Positions 47,272 to 57,709 of a DNA stretch of 64,000 nt are shown piece by piece. The translations under genes and the position numbers were made by a program. The stretch is from the IMG/VR virus record IMGVR_UViG_3300033233_000036, positions 4,187-68,186 of that record, one strand, 5' to 3'. Below the pieces are notes generated by a model, which saw only the letters and a list, made by a program, of their open reading frames with translations, ran no database searches and was not told where the DNA came from. The stretch comes from a virus. The stretch's first letter is position 1. Every line of letters begins with the position of its first letter.

Positions 47272-48450
47272 TCACTTATTAGAGTATTTTTGAATTGCTC
47301 TAAGATACGAATCCATTGATTCCGAAATGGACTCAACAGATGTTCCAAGCATTTCTTCATCTCTTACATGAGAGACAGGATTCTTTGGAAAATATGACTC
47401 TCTAAGAGTCTCCAGTTTCTCACGATAGTTTTCTTCACTTACAAACTCAACACTTTCAGCAAGTCCAAAGAGTTTTTCTTTTTGAGTTTCTGCTAAGCCT
47501 CTAGCTACTTCATGGAAGATGCTATCGGAAACAGATTCACTAAGTCTTTGATTTAAGTGAACATTTCTTTCGATTTGTTCGTTGAGTTTAGACTCCATTT
47601 CATCTAATTTTTCTACCATTTGCTCAAGAACATTATATTTCTCTTCAGGCATATCCACATAATTATCTTCAAAAAGGCCTTTTAAGCCAGTCATGAAGCT
47701 CTCAGCAATTTGAGACTTCAATCCATTTTCAACTTGTAGAGAATTCTCTACAAGCCATTCTTCAGCAACGTATTCCAAGTAAGAATCAACTCTTTCTGTT
47801 AATTCTTCTTGAATAACACTTACATTTTCTTGAAGTGCTCTTTCATATTTAGCAGCGATAATATCCGAGGCTTCTTGAACCTTGGATCTTACTGCTGCTT
47901 CAAAAATTGTTCTTGCTTTATCTCTAAATTCTTCGGAGAGATTTTCACCACCAAATAAAGCTTGAACATCTTCTTCTACATCTACTTCAATTTCATCTGA
48001 AATTTCTTCTTCTTCTTCAAAATCTTCTTCTTCATCATCAGAAGCTTCTTTCATTTTCTTTTTCTTTTTAGAAGAATTTTCTTCTTCTTCATCATCTTCC
48101 TCATCTTCATCTTCTTCATTTTCTTTAGCTGCTTCTAGAAGCTCTTCATCTTCATCGAATTCAATTTCTTCAGCTCTTGAAGCCTTAGAATTAACAATAT
48201 CTCTTACTGTCTTCATAGCGCCAGTATTCAACTTGGATGAGTCATCGGTAGATCTGTAGTTATCAGGAGTAGGCCCACCAAGATCTGTGATTGATTGTCC
48301 AGGAGTCGAACCAACAAATGGATTCGAAACCATAGAATCTCCAGCTTGCGCTTTAGCGTTTACAGCAGTTTTAGATTGTTTTGCTGATTTAGTGGAAGCA
48401 TACATTGGTGCTCCCTCTTCTTGCAAATTACTCATTGTTTTACTTGACAT
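47272..48450 (-). CDS. 22: Prohead core scaffold (gp22)
   Basis: Acidic, TIFEAAV, YL.YV.EEW; synteny. Confidence 0.92.
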   Translation of the reverse strand: MSSKTMSNLQEEGAPMYASTKSAKQSKTAVNAKAQAGDSMVSNPFVGSTPGQSITDLGGPTPDNYRSTDDSSKLNTGAMKTVRDIVNSKASRAEEIEFDEDEELLEAAKENEEDEDEEDDEEEENSSKKKKKMKEASDDEEEDFEEEEEISDEIEVDVEEDVQALFGGENLSEEFRDKARTIFEAAVRSKVQEASDIIAAKYERALQENVSVIQEELTERVDSYLEYVAEEWLVENSLQVENGLKSQIAESFMTGLKGLFEDNYVDMPEEKYNVLEQMVEKLDEMESKLNEQIERNVHLNQRLSESVSDSIFHEVARGLAETQKEKLFGLAESVEFVSEENYREKLETLRESYFPKNPVSHVRDEEMLGTSVESISESMDSYLRAIQKYSNK

Positions 48451-48504
48451 TGATCTCTCCGAATAAAATAAGTATTTCCTTTATTCTAATATTTATTTAT
48501 AAAT

Positions 48505-49149
48505 TTAAATATTTTCCAAATATCTATTAAATAAATTTAAAATCTTCTCTTCGCGAACACTCTTATCAATTGTAGGAGTGAGTGAGTTGAGACTATTTAG
48601 GGTTTTTTCAGCGAGAATGCCATTATTCCAAACCCATTCTTTTCCTTCCATAATTCCCTGAACAAAAGCATCAGGAGCAGAAGGATCTGCAACAATATCT
48701 GCAGCAGTTGATAACATAAAATCATCAGCAACAACTTTGACACCACCTTGTTCAACTAGAGATCCAACACCTCTAGATGAAACGCCAAGTTTTACACCCT
48801 CATCTAAAAGATTTTTAGCAATCTTACCCATGGGAGTCTCAAGAATTTGAGCTTTACCCATGAAGTTTTTTCCTTCTGAATAAAGAGATATGATTTTATG
48901 TGAAACTCTATCTAAATTTACAGATGGCCCATCTGGATGTCCAAGTTCACCCAAAGCTCTACCAGCTTTTACATATTGTTCATTATATCTTTTAACTTCA
49001 CGATCTAAAGTTTCATAACGATACATTCTGCCATTGCGATTTTTTAAATCAGCTTGGAGAAAAATACCTTCAATATAAAGTCTTTTTTTTCCACCCACTT
49101 CTTCTGTTAGAATTTTAATATCTTCTATTTGTTCTGTGATGAGTTTCAT
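48505..49149 (-). CDS. 21: Prohead protease (gp21)
   Basis: NRNGR.Y, GELGHP, GVSSRG.GS, DPSAPDA. Confidence 0.96.
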   Translation of the reverse strand: MKLITEQIEDIKILTEEVGGKKRLYIEGIFLQADLKNRNGRMYRYETLDREVKRYNEQYVKAGRALGELGHPDGPSVNLDRVSHKIISLYSEGKNFMGKAQILETPMGKIAKNLLDEGVKLGVSSRGVGSLVEQGGVKVVADDFMLSTAADIVADPSAPDAFVQGIMEGKEWVWNNGILAEKTLNSLNSLTPTIDKSVREEKILNLFNRYLENI

Positions 49150-49151
49150 AG

Positions 49152-49709
49152 TTATGATTGTGATGTTATTTGAATTTCTGTGATGTTTAATACACCAGAT
49201 CCACCAGTTGCTCCAACAGAAGCATCTGCTAAAGCAGCTATTTTGGTAGCTCTTGCAGCAGTTGCATTAGTGACAGCAACACCAACAACTGGAGTACTAT
49301 TGAAATCAATTGTGACGGTGCTTTGTCCAGTACTGAAATTTTCAGAAACTGCCGTTACCACACTAAATGTAGTATTAATTCCTGAAGGATACCCATTTTC
49401 AATTATTAAACCATCTCCAACAACAAAAGGATTTCCTAAATTTTCACCAAAAGTAATTACTGTGGAAGTTCCTGTTGTAATTCCAGAAATTTTTTGTCTT
49501 GCAACTCTTTCTTTAAGAACTTCAGATCTTCCTGCAGGAATCATAAATGATGCTATCGTTGGCACTGGACTTGTTCCAATAGCAATATGGCAGTCTCTAT
49601 TTGGAGCTAATCTAAGATATCCACTCTTTAGGGCAATACCACTACTGGTAACTATTCCAGTCGTACTAATAGCAATTGTTGTTATGTCTTGTACGATTTT
49701 TAGAGCCAT
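49152..49709 (-). CDS. Putative virion protein
   Basis: Thr/Ser/Gly-rich beta protein in the head gene cluster. Confidence 0.7.
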   Translation of the reverse strand: MALKIVQDITTIAISTTGIVTSSGIALKSGYLRLAPNRDCHIAIGTSPVPTIASFMIPAGRSEVLKERVARQKISGITTGTSTVITFGENLGNPFVVGDGLIIENGYPSGINTTFSVVTAVSENFSTGQSTVTIDFNSTPVVGVAVTNATAARATKIAALADASVGATGGSGVLNITEIQITSQS

Positions 49710-49876
49710 TATTCCTCGAATTCTAGTGGTGAACTTCCAAACATGCTAGCTGCTACATAGGGTTTAATACCCTCAACTTTTTCAACTGATTTAGCAAAAA
49801 GCATTGATTTAATCGTATCGGAAATATCTGATGGTGATGCATCCGACATAATCATATTTACAAAATCATCTTCCAT
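49709..49876 (-). CDS. Small prohead-core-like protein (gp67 position)
   Basis: Manual translation: MEDDFVNMIMSDASPSDISDTIKSMLFAKSVEKVEGIKPYVAASMF...; follows gp20. Confidence 0.65.
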   Translation of the reverse strand: MEDDFVNMIMSDASPSDISDTIKSMLFAKSVEKVEGIKPYVAASMFGSSPLEFEE

Positions 49877-49904
49877 AAGTTTAGTCATGTAATCTAATAT
49901 TTAT

Positions 49905-51605
49905 TTATATTTGCCCACCTTTGGGCATTTTTGCTTTTGGTGCTTCTTTATCTGGAGGAGCTTCTGTTCCTGGATTTGGAACTTCCATATCTGTAGGAGT
50001 TTGTCCTAATACTTCTCCTTGTCCTGGAGGAACTTGATTATCCATATTCATAGGCATTCCAGTCATAGGATCAACTGGTGGTGGAATAATTCCAAGTTCT
50101 TTTTCTAAATCAATTTGCATATCAATTTCAATAATTTCTTCATCAGTTTGACGGAGAACTTTTCTTCTTACATAATCTACTGAATAATATTTGCCAACAT
50201 ATGGTTCTACTTGAGAAAGAAGAGCAATTCTTTCATTCATCAATTCTGTTTCTTTAAGTTCTGCAAAATGATTATCATATAAGTAATCATATTGAATATG
50301 ATCCCTCATATATTCCCAATCTTCTGGAGTTACAATATTCTTAAGAATTAATTGAGTCTTAAGCATATCGTGGAAGATTTGACTAAATCTCTTTCTCAAT
50401 CTTCCAACAAATTTTGAAAACATAAGTTCATCACGAAGAATTTCGGAAGATTTTCCTAAATTAAATCCACCATCTCCACCAATTCTTGACTCGGGAACAT
50501 TTAATGAACGATATAATTTCTTTTGGAAATATTCAACATCAGTAAGTTCTCCTAAATTTTGCCCACCAGGAAGAGTAGTAATTTCGGTTCCTCTACCACC
50601 TTCTCTTCTTGGAAGCCAGAAATCCTCAAGCATGGATAAGTGTTTTTTATCATCTTTAATCTCGCCAGTATTAGCATCATAAACTAATTTATTTCTATAA
50701 CGAGACATAACTTCACGAAGATATTGTTCTGCCTTTACTTTAGGAAGATTACCTACGTCAATATAAAAAATTCTACGTTCTGGCGCACGAGATAGTCTAT
50801 AAATTACAAGACTATCTTCAATCATTCTAAGTTGATTGAGTGCTTTGATTGCTTTATGTAGATATGATAAAGTTGTTTGTTTATTACGATCTACAAGTCC
50901 AGATGTAACAAAAGTAATTGCATCTTTTGCAATTTTAATTCCTTTTCCATATGCACTTCCTGTTTGCATTCCACCTGATGCTTGTGGATTGTATAGAAAA
51001 TATTCTTCAATATTTGGCGATTCGAAAATATTTAATTCTTTAGATGGATCTTGGTTAACATAAGTTAAATTGCCAGCATCATTTACATTTTTCTTTTTAA
51101 GTTCACGAATAAACTTAATTTTTAATGCATCAATATATCGTACTTCTTTAATTCCTTCTTCTGGATGTTTTAAGTCAATAACTTTATGATAAAAAATTCT
51201 ACCGTCTACATACCAATTTCTAAAAATTTCATGGGATTTTTTGTCAAAATCAAGTATCTCTTTAATATATTTAAATTCTTGTCTAATGATATTTTTAATA
51301 TCGTCTCCAACATCTAAGTTTGAAAGTTCAATCTCTATAGGAGAATCATTTAGATCAGAAACAATTGCTTCATTTACTACATGTTCAATTGCAGTATCGC
51401 ATTCTGGATGAAGACACATTTCACGATATCTCTTTAAAAGATCGTATTCAGTTCTATAAACACCTTCAATATCTACATACTGTCCATAAAAACTACTAGC
51501 AACATAAAAATCAGACCCATCCTCATTTGTTTTGGGGACGGGACTGATCGTAGTTGGAGATTTTATATCACCTTTTTGAATATTAAAACCGAACAACTTT
51601 GACAT
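49905..51605 (-). CDS. 20: Portal protein (gp20)
   Basis: WYVDGR, IYRLSRAPERR.FYIDVG, EDFWLPRREGGRGTEI. Confidence 0.98.
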   Translation of the reverse strand: MSKLFGFNIQKGDIKSPTTISPVPKTNEDGSDFYVASSFYGQYVDIEGVYRTEYDLLKRYREMCLHPECDTAIEHVVNEAIVSDLNDSPIEIELSNLDVGDDIKNIIRQEFKYIKEILDFDKKSHEIFRNWYVDGRIFYHKVIDLKHPEEGIKEVRYIDALKIKFIRELKKKNVNDAGNLTYVNQDPSKELNIFESPNIEEYFLYNPQASGGMQTGSAYGKGIKIAKDAITFVTSGLVDRNKQTTLSYLHKAIKALNQLRMIEDSLVIYRLSRAPERRIFYIDVGNLPKVKAEQYLREVMSRYRNKLVYDANTGEIKDDKKHLSMLEDFWLPRREGGRGTEITTLPGGQNLGELTDVEYFQKKLYRSLNVPESRIGGDGGFNLGKSSEILRDELMFSKFVGRLRKRFSQIFHDMLKTQLILKNIVTPEDWEYMRDHIQYDYLYDNHFAELKETELMNERIALLSQVEPYVGKYYSVDYVRRKVLRQTDEEIIEIDMQIDLEKELGIIPPPVDPMTGMPMNMDNQVPPGQGEVLGQTPTDMEVPNPGTEAPPDKEAPKAKMPKGGQI

Positions 51606-51644
51606 TATAATTTAAGTATTAAACCTACTGTTTTATTTAGGTTA

Positions 51645-52262
51645 TCACTGAAGATCCTTTCCACCATCAGCACCAGCTCTAAATGCTTCCCACCATTGAA
51701 TTTGGAAAGTTACATTGTATTCTTCAATAGAATCTGTGCTATCATAAGAAAGATCAATTGCACTTACTTCTGTTGGGAATGCACCATACATTTTATATGT
51801 TCTTAAAATAGGAACATTACTTGAGGTATCTCCAACATCAAATGGAGCTCTTCCAAGTTGATGAACTATAATATCTTTTTGATATGTATTTGGATTAATA
51901 TATCCAGAAGTATCTGAATGTTTGTTAATCCCATTCATCCATTTTTCAACCATTCTTCTGATTGCAAAATCAGTATCATTAATAACTGTAATTGTCCATG
52001 CATCAAATGTGCGATCACCAGCAATATTTAAAACTCTTCCTCTAAAAGGAACAGGAATTGTTCCTAAAGTTGAAGCTGGTAAAGAAGCAGTTTTCACAAG
52101 CATTCTCAATTTATCATTAAAATCACTAACTCCAGAAGGTACTGCAAATGAAGGAACTGGAATTACACATTCAAAAAGATTTGGTCTTGTGCCACCACCA
52201 GTAAGTTTTGACTTAAAGGAGTCTAATGTTCGATTTCTTAGTGGAATGTTCTGATTAGCCAT
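51645..52262 (-). CDS. 19: Tail tube protein (gp19)
   Basis: RPNLF, FRGR...AGDRTF..W..T..ND. Confidence 0.95.
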   Translation of the reverse strand: MANQNIPLRNRTLDSFKSKLTGGGTRPNLFECVIPVPSFAVPSGVSDFNDKLRMLVKTASLPASTLGTIPVPFRGRVLNIAGDRTFDAWTITVINDTDFAIRRMVEKWMNGINKHSDTSGYINPNTYQKDIIVHQLGRAPFDVGDTSSNVPILRTYKMYGAFPTEVSAIDLSYDSTDSIEEYNVTFQIQWWEAFRAGADGGKDLQ

Positions 52263-52284
52263 TGTTTTTTATCTCCGTATAAGA

Positions 52285-54396
52285 TTAGAATCTACCAATT
52301 ACTTCTTCAAAAGCAACACCAGTTCTGGTGGCTACAAAAGTCAATCCAATGAAGTTGATTGATCTAGCTGGTTTTACATAAATTTCTGCAACAAACTCAT
52401 TACGATCAATCACATCAGGAGTATTGTTTGTACCATTACAAACAAGTACGTATTCAGTAATACCTCTTTTTGATTGAATATCTCTCAAATATGGATCAAC
52501 TTGAGAAGTAAATGAAGTTCTTGTAAACTCATCATTGAATTCAAAAAGGAAAGATTTTGCAATTCTTGAAATAGTATCTTCCATTTCTAAGAATAATCTC
52601 CTAACATTAATTCTATTAAATGCAGATTCAAATGTTTGAGCAGTTTTATCTCCAAATAAAATTGTTCCAGATCCTGGTGAGTAAATAATTGGATTTACTC
52701 TTGAGATGTAAAGTCTATCTCTTTGTTCTTGATTTGGATTGTATGCAAGTTTAATTGCATTTCTCAATGTTCCTCTAAAAGAACCAGCTGGAGAATACCA
52801 ACTATCTGCTTGTGTTGAAGTTCTAACCATCAATCCTGCAATGTCACCATTGCAAGGAATATATCTAAATTTATTTGTAAATCTATCAAAAATTTGTTTG
52901 TATCCAGAATCAAATACTGCATAAGAACTTGAATCAATTCCATTAAAGAAATCAACAATTGATTGAGTTTGATCTTCAGAATCTGTAACTCCAACTACAT
53001 CACCTTTAAATGGTGAAATTGTCACCATGCAATCTTTTCTAGTTTCTGCAATATCAATCAAATAATTTGCTTTTGCTTGTGTTTCAATTGCGGAATTTAA
53101 AGACGGCCCACAAAGAAGGAAATCAACACTTTGCTCTTCAGTATTTGAAATTTTATTATATGCACTTGTCAAACCTTCTAAAGTTGCTTGATATCCACCA
53201 CCATTAGTATAATTTTGTCCACCAGTTAATATGAAAGTTTTATTTCCAATTACATTATAATAAAGTCCAGAAGAAGCATCTAATCCCCAGAGTCCATCAG
53301 AAAGATCTTGACTAGCTTTTGATCTAACTCCAGTTCTTGGAAATCCTGCATAAATGTAATCAGATTCATTTGCAATTAAATCTTTATAATATAATGATTT
53401 TGATGATAAAACAGCATTTTTAGATTTTGATACTGAAACAAATTTTTCTAAAATAGATCCAACAGTACCTGTTAGTTTTCCAGTATCATCTATGACTACG
53501 ACATGGAATGAATCATTATATGATCCTCTATTTTTTGTAAATGAACTAGAAACTGGTTTTTTTGCAATTGATTTCCAATAAACTCTTACATTATCAACAT
53601 CTACTCTTTGTTGATCATACCAATCAACAATTGTTTTTCCAGATGCTGTTCCTAAATCATAGGAAGATGCCCAGATAGTTCCATCTGTAGTTTTTACTTC
53701 GAAATTACTTCCCTGTTTATATTCAACAAATGTGGAAACTCCACTACCATTTGATGTATAAGTATTCCACTTGACATTTATTGAAGTTGAAGTTTTTGAA
53801 ACTAATGTTCCTTCCAAAACCGTACCCGTATTCCAAGACGATGTTACACCTACTCCAATATTAACTCTAGAACCTGATAATTGACATGTAACCGCCATTC
53901 CAACAGTTAAACTTCCTGTCGATACAGTTCTAATTGTTTGATCTGCAAAGTCATCAATTACACATATCTTTAAATCATTTGCCCAAGTTCCTGGATTTTT
54001 AGATGCCCATTCCCAATCAACAGAATCTGATGCATTTTCTCTATAATCATCAAGATTTTTAATTTTTAAACTTATTGATGTTGTACTTCCAACACCAACA
54101 TTTGAATTCTTCAAATTACTATCATCGCATCTTATAACTTTTAAAGATCCGCCATATGAAAGAAAAGCTTCTGAAACATGATAATAATCACATTGATTAT
54201 CTATATTTACTGGTTTTCCAAAAATATCAATTAATTGATTCTCATTTCTTACTAGTGTTGCTTCTTCTACTGATCCTTTTGCAAATGGAGCAGCAATAGC
54301 GCCAATATAAGGACCAGCACCTAAAGTAGATCCTGTAGTTAAGTCAACTTCCCTTATGGTAATTCCTGGTGATACCAAACCGAGTCCTAAAGACAT
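52285..54396 (-). CDS. 18: Tail sheath protein (gp18)
   Basis: SPGI..REVD, W.SPAG..RG, RINVRRLF, KPARSINFI. Confidence 0.96.
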   Translation of the reverse strand: MSLGLGLVSPGITIREVDLTTGSTLGAGPYIGAIAAPFAKGSVEEATLVRNENQLIDIFGKPVNIDNQCDYYHVSEAFLSYGGSLKVIRCDDSNLKNSNVGVGSTTSISLKIKNLDDYRENASDSVDWEWASKNPGTWANDLKICVIDDFADQTIRTVSTGSLTVGMAVTCQLSGSRVNIGVGVTSSWNTGTVLEGTLVSKTSTSINVKWNTYTSNGSGVSTFVEYKQGSNFEVKTTDGTIWASSYDLGTASGKTIVDWYDQQRVDVDNVRVYWKSIAKKPVSSSFTKNRGSYNDSFHVVVIDDTGKLTGTVGSILEKFVSVSKSKNAVLSSKSLYYKDLIANESDYIYAGFPRTGVRSKASQDLSDGLWGLDASSGLYYNVIGNKTFILTGGQNYTNGGGYQATLEGLTSAYNKISNTEEQSVDFLLCGPSLNSAIETQAKANYLIDIAETRKDCMVTISPFKGDVVGVTDSEDQTQSIVDFFNGIDSSSYAVFDSGYKQIFDRFTNKFRYIPCNGDIAGLMVRTSTQADSWYSPAGSFRGTLRNAIKLAYNPNQEQRDRLYISRVNPIIYSPGSGTILFGDKTAQTFESAFNRINVRRLFLEMEDTISRIAKSFLFEFNDEFTRTSFTSQVDPYLRDIQSKRGITEYVLVCNGTNNTPDVIDRNEFVAEIYVKPARSINFIGLTFVATRTGVAFEEVIGRF

Positions 54397-54483
54397 GTTT
54401 ATCTACCTCTGATAAAACATTTAATCTATAAGATATTTATTATTTTGAATTTTTACATCGGGGAAACAATGTGTGAACAAGTT

Positions 54484-54714
54484 TTACCAGTCAGGATATT
54501 CCCATTCAATAATTTTGAATGAAGATTTTCTGGATTTTATAATTCTTTCAATGGTACATGATTTGCATTCATACGAATATGAAGAGGGGTAGACATTTCT
54601 ATCTTTACGAGTGATGTAAAAATCTGTAAGTAAATCCTTTTCTTTTTCACAAACCCTACACTTTCTGGTAGAAAATAATAAATGTTCTAATGAAAAATTT
54701 TCTTCAATATCCAT
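54484..54714 (-). CDS. Small Zn-finger protein
   Basis: CRVC...CKSC; TAATG overlap with the gp17 stop. Confidence 0.7.
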   Translation of the reverse strand: MDIEENFSLEHLLFSTRKCRVCEKEKDLLTDFYITRKDRNVYPSSYSYECKSCTIERIIKSRKSSFKIIEWEYPDW

Positions 54715-56366
54715 TAGGTATATTCCCACATATATGCACGATCACCATATTCATCTAATTTCCAAACATCTCCAGAATCATCTACAAAACTACTTTCTTG
54801 ATCATTTACTCCATCTATAATAAATCCAAAAGGAGCCATGTCTTGTTCAATTTGATTTTTTTGTTCTTCATAAATTCTTTTACGAACATCATTTTCAGTC
54901 ATCTCCTTAAAATAAGGTTGAACAACTAACCAAGAAAATATAACAAGACACATTGACAAGTCATCATTTGCACCTTCTTCTGCTTCAAATGATTGGTTTT
55001 TTTGAATAAAAGTTGTCAACTCTGAAATAATTTCATAATCATTAAAAATTAATTTATCATCTTCAACTAAAGTTTTTAAATTTGAACATCCAATTTTTTT
55101 TACTGTCTTGGACATTTTTAATCCAAGTTGAGATTTATTTCCAGAAAAACCTTGTCCAACAATTTGTCCAGCACGTCCTCTCATTGCACACATAAGAATA
55201 TGATCATATTCCAAATCAAAATGTAGAATATTTGCTACTTGTTCTCCTATATCATTAATCTCTATAAGTACATAAGCTTTATTATAGGCTTTTGCAACAT
55301 CTTCAATTATACTAGGAAAAAGCATAGGTTTAATTTGATTATTCCTATATTTTCCTACAACTTTCCATGGAAATTCTGTGATATCAAATATCACAAATGC
55401 TGAATAATCACTTTCAACTCCTCTTGCTACGTCAACAGTAATAATATAACTTCTATCTTCTATTGGTTCCTGATAAAGATCCAATCCTTTATTTGATTTG
55501 ATTGGATCATCAAAAACCATTGATTTTAATTTTGATGAAGAAATTAACGTATCAGATGAACCTAGAAAATCACATTCAAATTCTTGTTGGAATTGTTGTG
55601 GTGAAGTATTTGCAATCGTTTGCTCCTTCCATTTTGCGTCTCTACCAGGAACTTCACTCCAATGGACATCTGTGGGAATATATTCGTTTCTACCCCTCTC
55701 GGCGTCATGCCAGAGGCGGTAGAAGTGATTCATACCTTTAGGTGTAGATACAATGATAACTTTAGTTGTTTTACCCGATGAAATAGTTGGATATACTGAA
55801 CTGAAGAAATCATCTGCAATATGATTTGGAATAAAAGCAAATTCATCAAGGAAAATGATGTTAAATGACATACCACGAACAGCAGATGCTGATGTGGATG
55901 CTGCAATAATTTTTGAACCATTTTCTAATTCTAAAGATGCTTTATTCCAAACCATTACACCTTGTTGCATCCATTTAGGAAGATTTTCATATGCAAGTTG
56001 CAATCTTCCTAATAGATCTTTTGCTGTTGAAGCTTTGTTAGCAAGAATACCTACGTTTACGTTAGCATTGAAAACGACATAATGTAATAAGTAAGATACG
56101 CAAGTAGTTGACTTACCTGACTGTCGAGGCATCTTACAGATATTAAATCTGTTTTCGTGAAAATTCCTTACTAACTTTTCTTGGAATGGATAAATGCTAA
56201 AGGGAACCAAACCCTCATCCAATGAAACAATTTTTATATAATTTCTTGCAAAATAAACTGGATCATTTTTACATTTAAGGATTTCATTGACTTGTTCCTC
56301 ACTAAATTCAATTGAAACATTTGCTTTCTTAAGGTTGGGATTACCTAAGTAGATGTTATCGGACAT
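54714..56366 (-). CDS. 17: Terminase large subunit (gp17)
   Basis: PRQSGKS, LDEFAF, STPKG, DVARG, DDL.M. Confidence 0.97.
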   Translation of the reverse strand: MSDNIYLGNPNLKKANVSIEFSEEQVNEILKCKNDPVYFARNYIKIVSLDEGLVPFSIYPFQEKLVRNFHENRFNICKMPRQSGKSTTCVSYLLHYVVFNANVNVGILANKASTAKDLLGRLQLAYENLPKWMQQGVMVWNKASLELENGSKIIAASTSASAVRGMSFNIIFLDEFAFIPNHIADDFFSSVYPTISSGKTTKVIIVSTPKGMNHFYRLWHDAERGRNEYIPTDVHWSEVPGRDAKWKEQTIANTSPQQFQQEFECDFLGSSDTLISSSKLKSMVFDDPIKSNKGLDLYQEPIEDRSYIITVDVARGVESDYSAFVIFDITEFPWKVVGKYRNNQIKPMLFPSIIEDVAKAYNKAYVLIEINDIGEQVANILHFDLEYDHILMCAMRGRAGQIVGQGFSGNKSQLGLKMSKTVKKIGCSNLKTLVEDDKLIFNDYEIISELTTFIQKNQSFEAEEGANDDLSMCLVIFSWLVVQPYFKEMTENDVRKRIYEEQKNQIEQDMAPFGFIIDGVNDQESSFVDDSGDVWKLDEYGDRAYMWEYT

Positions 56367-56446
56367 AATTTTTATAAGTTCCTAATATAATTTATAGAAG
56401 TAATCATTACTATTTACAATAATTCTTTACAATCAAACCAAACTGG

Positions 56447-57493
56447 TTACACTGATACTACACTCACAATAACTGATGGTATTGCAGGAACAACCCCATT
56501 TGCAGATACTGCCTTTAATCTTATATGTGGATCAGTAGCACTCCACATAAGTTCATAATAATCATTTGCCTCAGATTGCACTACAAAATTCCAAGCAGCA
56601 ACAATTTCTGAACTGGTTCCCTGAACTGCTAATTCTGTTGCACTATTTGAAACATCGATATTATTTTTTTTCAACCAAATATAAATGTGTGCGCCAGAAC
56701 CTTGTGTTTTATCTATCTGTAATGAAAATTGAATATTATAAACACCACTATTTGCAACAACAATATGAGAACTATTTGCTATTGATACCTGATTTGAAAG
56801 GTCCGTTGTGTTTAGTATAACTGGTTGATATGTATTGACGCCCACTACATTTTGTGTTGTGGTATCAAAGAAGTTACCATAGTATCCAGTAACAATACCA
56901 ACAATGTTTTCTGAATTAATAGTTACAAACTCAGACTTATTTGTAGTTGAGTTCCATTGTAAAAATTTTGAATTATAAACACCAGAATTTGTTGCAACAC
57001 CTACAACATCATCCAAATATCTTAATTTAGTTTCACCACCTCCACCTAATGTGGAGAGTTGTTGTTGAATACGAGAAAGGAAAGTGCTGTAATGCTTTTG
57101 CAAATCATCAAGTGTTGCAAACTTTTGATCTAGTGGAGTAAGTGGATCATTTTGTTGTTTAACATTTGATGGTTCTGCAAGAAGTCCTAAAGACTTCTCA
57201 ATTAAAGTTTCTTCTTCAATTAAAGTTTCTTCAGGTTCTAAAATTATTTCTTCTTCTAATTTTTCTATTATTTTTTCTTCTAGTTCTCCTGGTTCAGAAT
57301 ATAAGAAACTTTCAAATATTTTTGCTTGGTTTTCAACTATCTTTTTTTTATGTTTTTCTTCTTTTTTTAAATCGGAAAATTGTTCAAATAAATTATCTAA
57401 TCCTAAATCTCCAACTAAAGATTCAAACTCTTTTTTCTTTTTTGTTTTTTCTTCAGAAATTAATTTAAAGAAATCGGATAATTCATTTGACAT
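56447..57493 (-). CDS. Putative virion protein (charged N-domain, beta-rich C-domain)
   Basis: GGGGE..LRYLDDV linker, GVYNIQFSLQ; 18-nt duplication encoding EETLIE. Confidence 0.65.
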   Translation of the reverse strand: MSNELSDFFKLISEEKTKKKKEFESLVGDLGLDNLFEQFSDLKKEEKHKKKIVENQAKIFESFLYSEPGELEEKIIEKLEEEIILEPEETLIEEETLIEKSLGLLAEPSNVKQQNDPLTPLDQKFATLDDLQKHYSTFLSRIQQQLSTLGGGGETKLRYLDDVVGVATNSGVYNSKFLQWNSTTNKSEFVTINSENIVGIVTGYYGNFFDTTTQNVVGVNTYQPVILNTTDLSNQVSIANSSHIVVANSGVYNIQFSLQIDKTQGSGAHIYIWLKKNNIDVSNSATELAVQGTSSEIVAAWNFVVQSEANDYYELMWSATDPHIRLKAVSANGVVPAIPSVIVSVVSV

Positions 57494-57494
57494 A

Positions 57495-57709
57495 TTAACA
57501 ATTCCATGCTCTCAATGATTTATTAATTCTTGAATCGGGATCCCGTGCAGTTTTTGCCGAGGTTAGTTTATCTTTCATACCTTTCATACGAGAGCAAAAT
57601 GATGCCCTGCGTGGATTTCCAACTTTTTTTGAAGGTGATTTTAAATCACTACCAGGATTTTCTTTTTCGTAACTGCGACGGCCCTTTTCATTCAGTCCGC
57701 CGCTTGGTG
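57495..57709 (-). CDS. C-terminal module reached by -1 frameshift from the 57692-59482 ORF
   Basis: GGLNEKGR...RRASFCSRM...SRINKSLRAWNC; the frame has only a TTG start; G_GGA_AAG site at the junction. Confidence 0.75.

Noticed and set aside
49180-49749. 189-aa plus-strand ORF (likewise 29106-29522, 24514-24939, 36039-36521)
   Set aside because: Antisense shadows of well-supported minus-strand genes.
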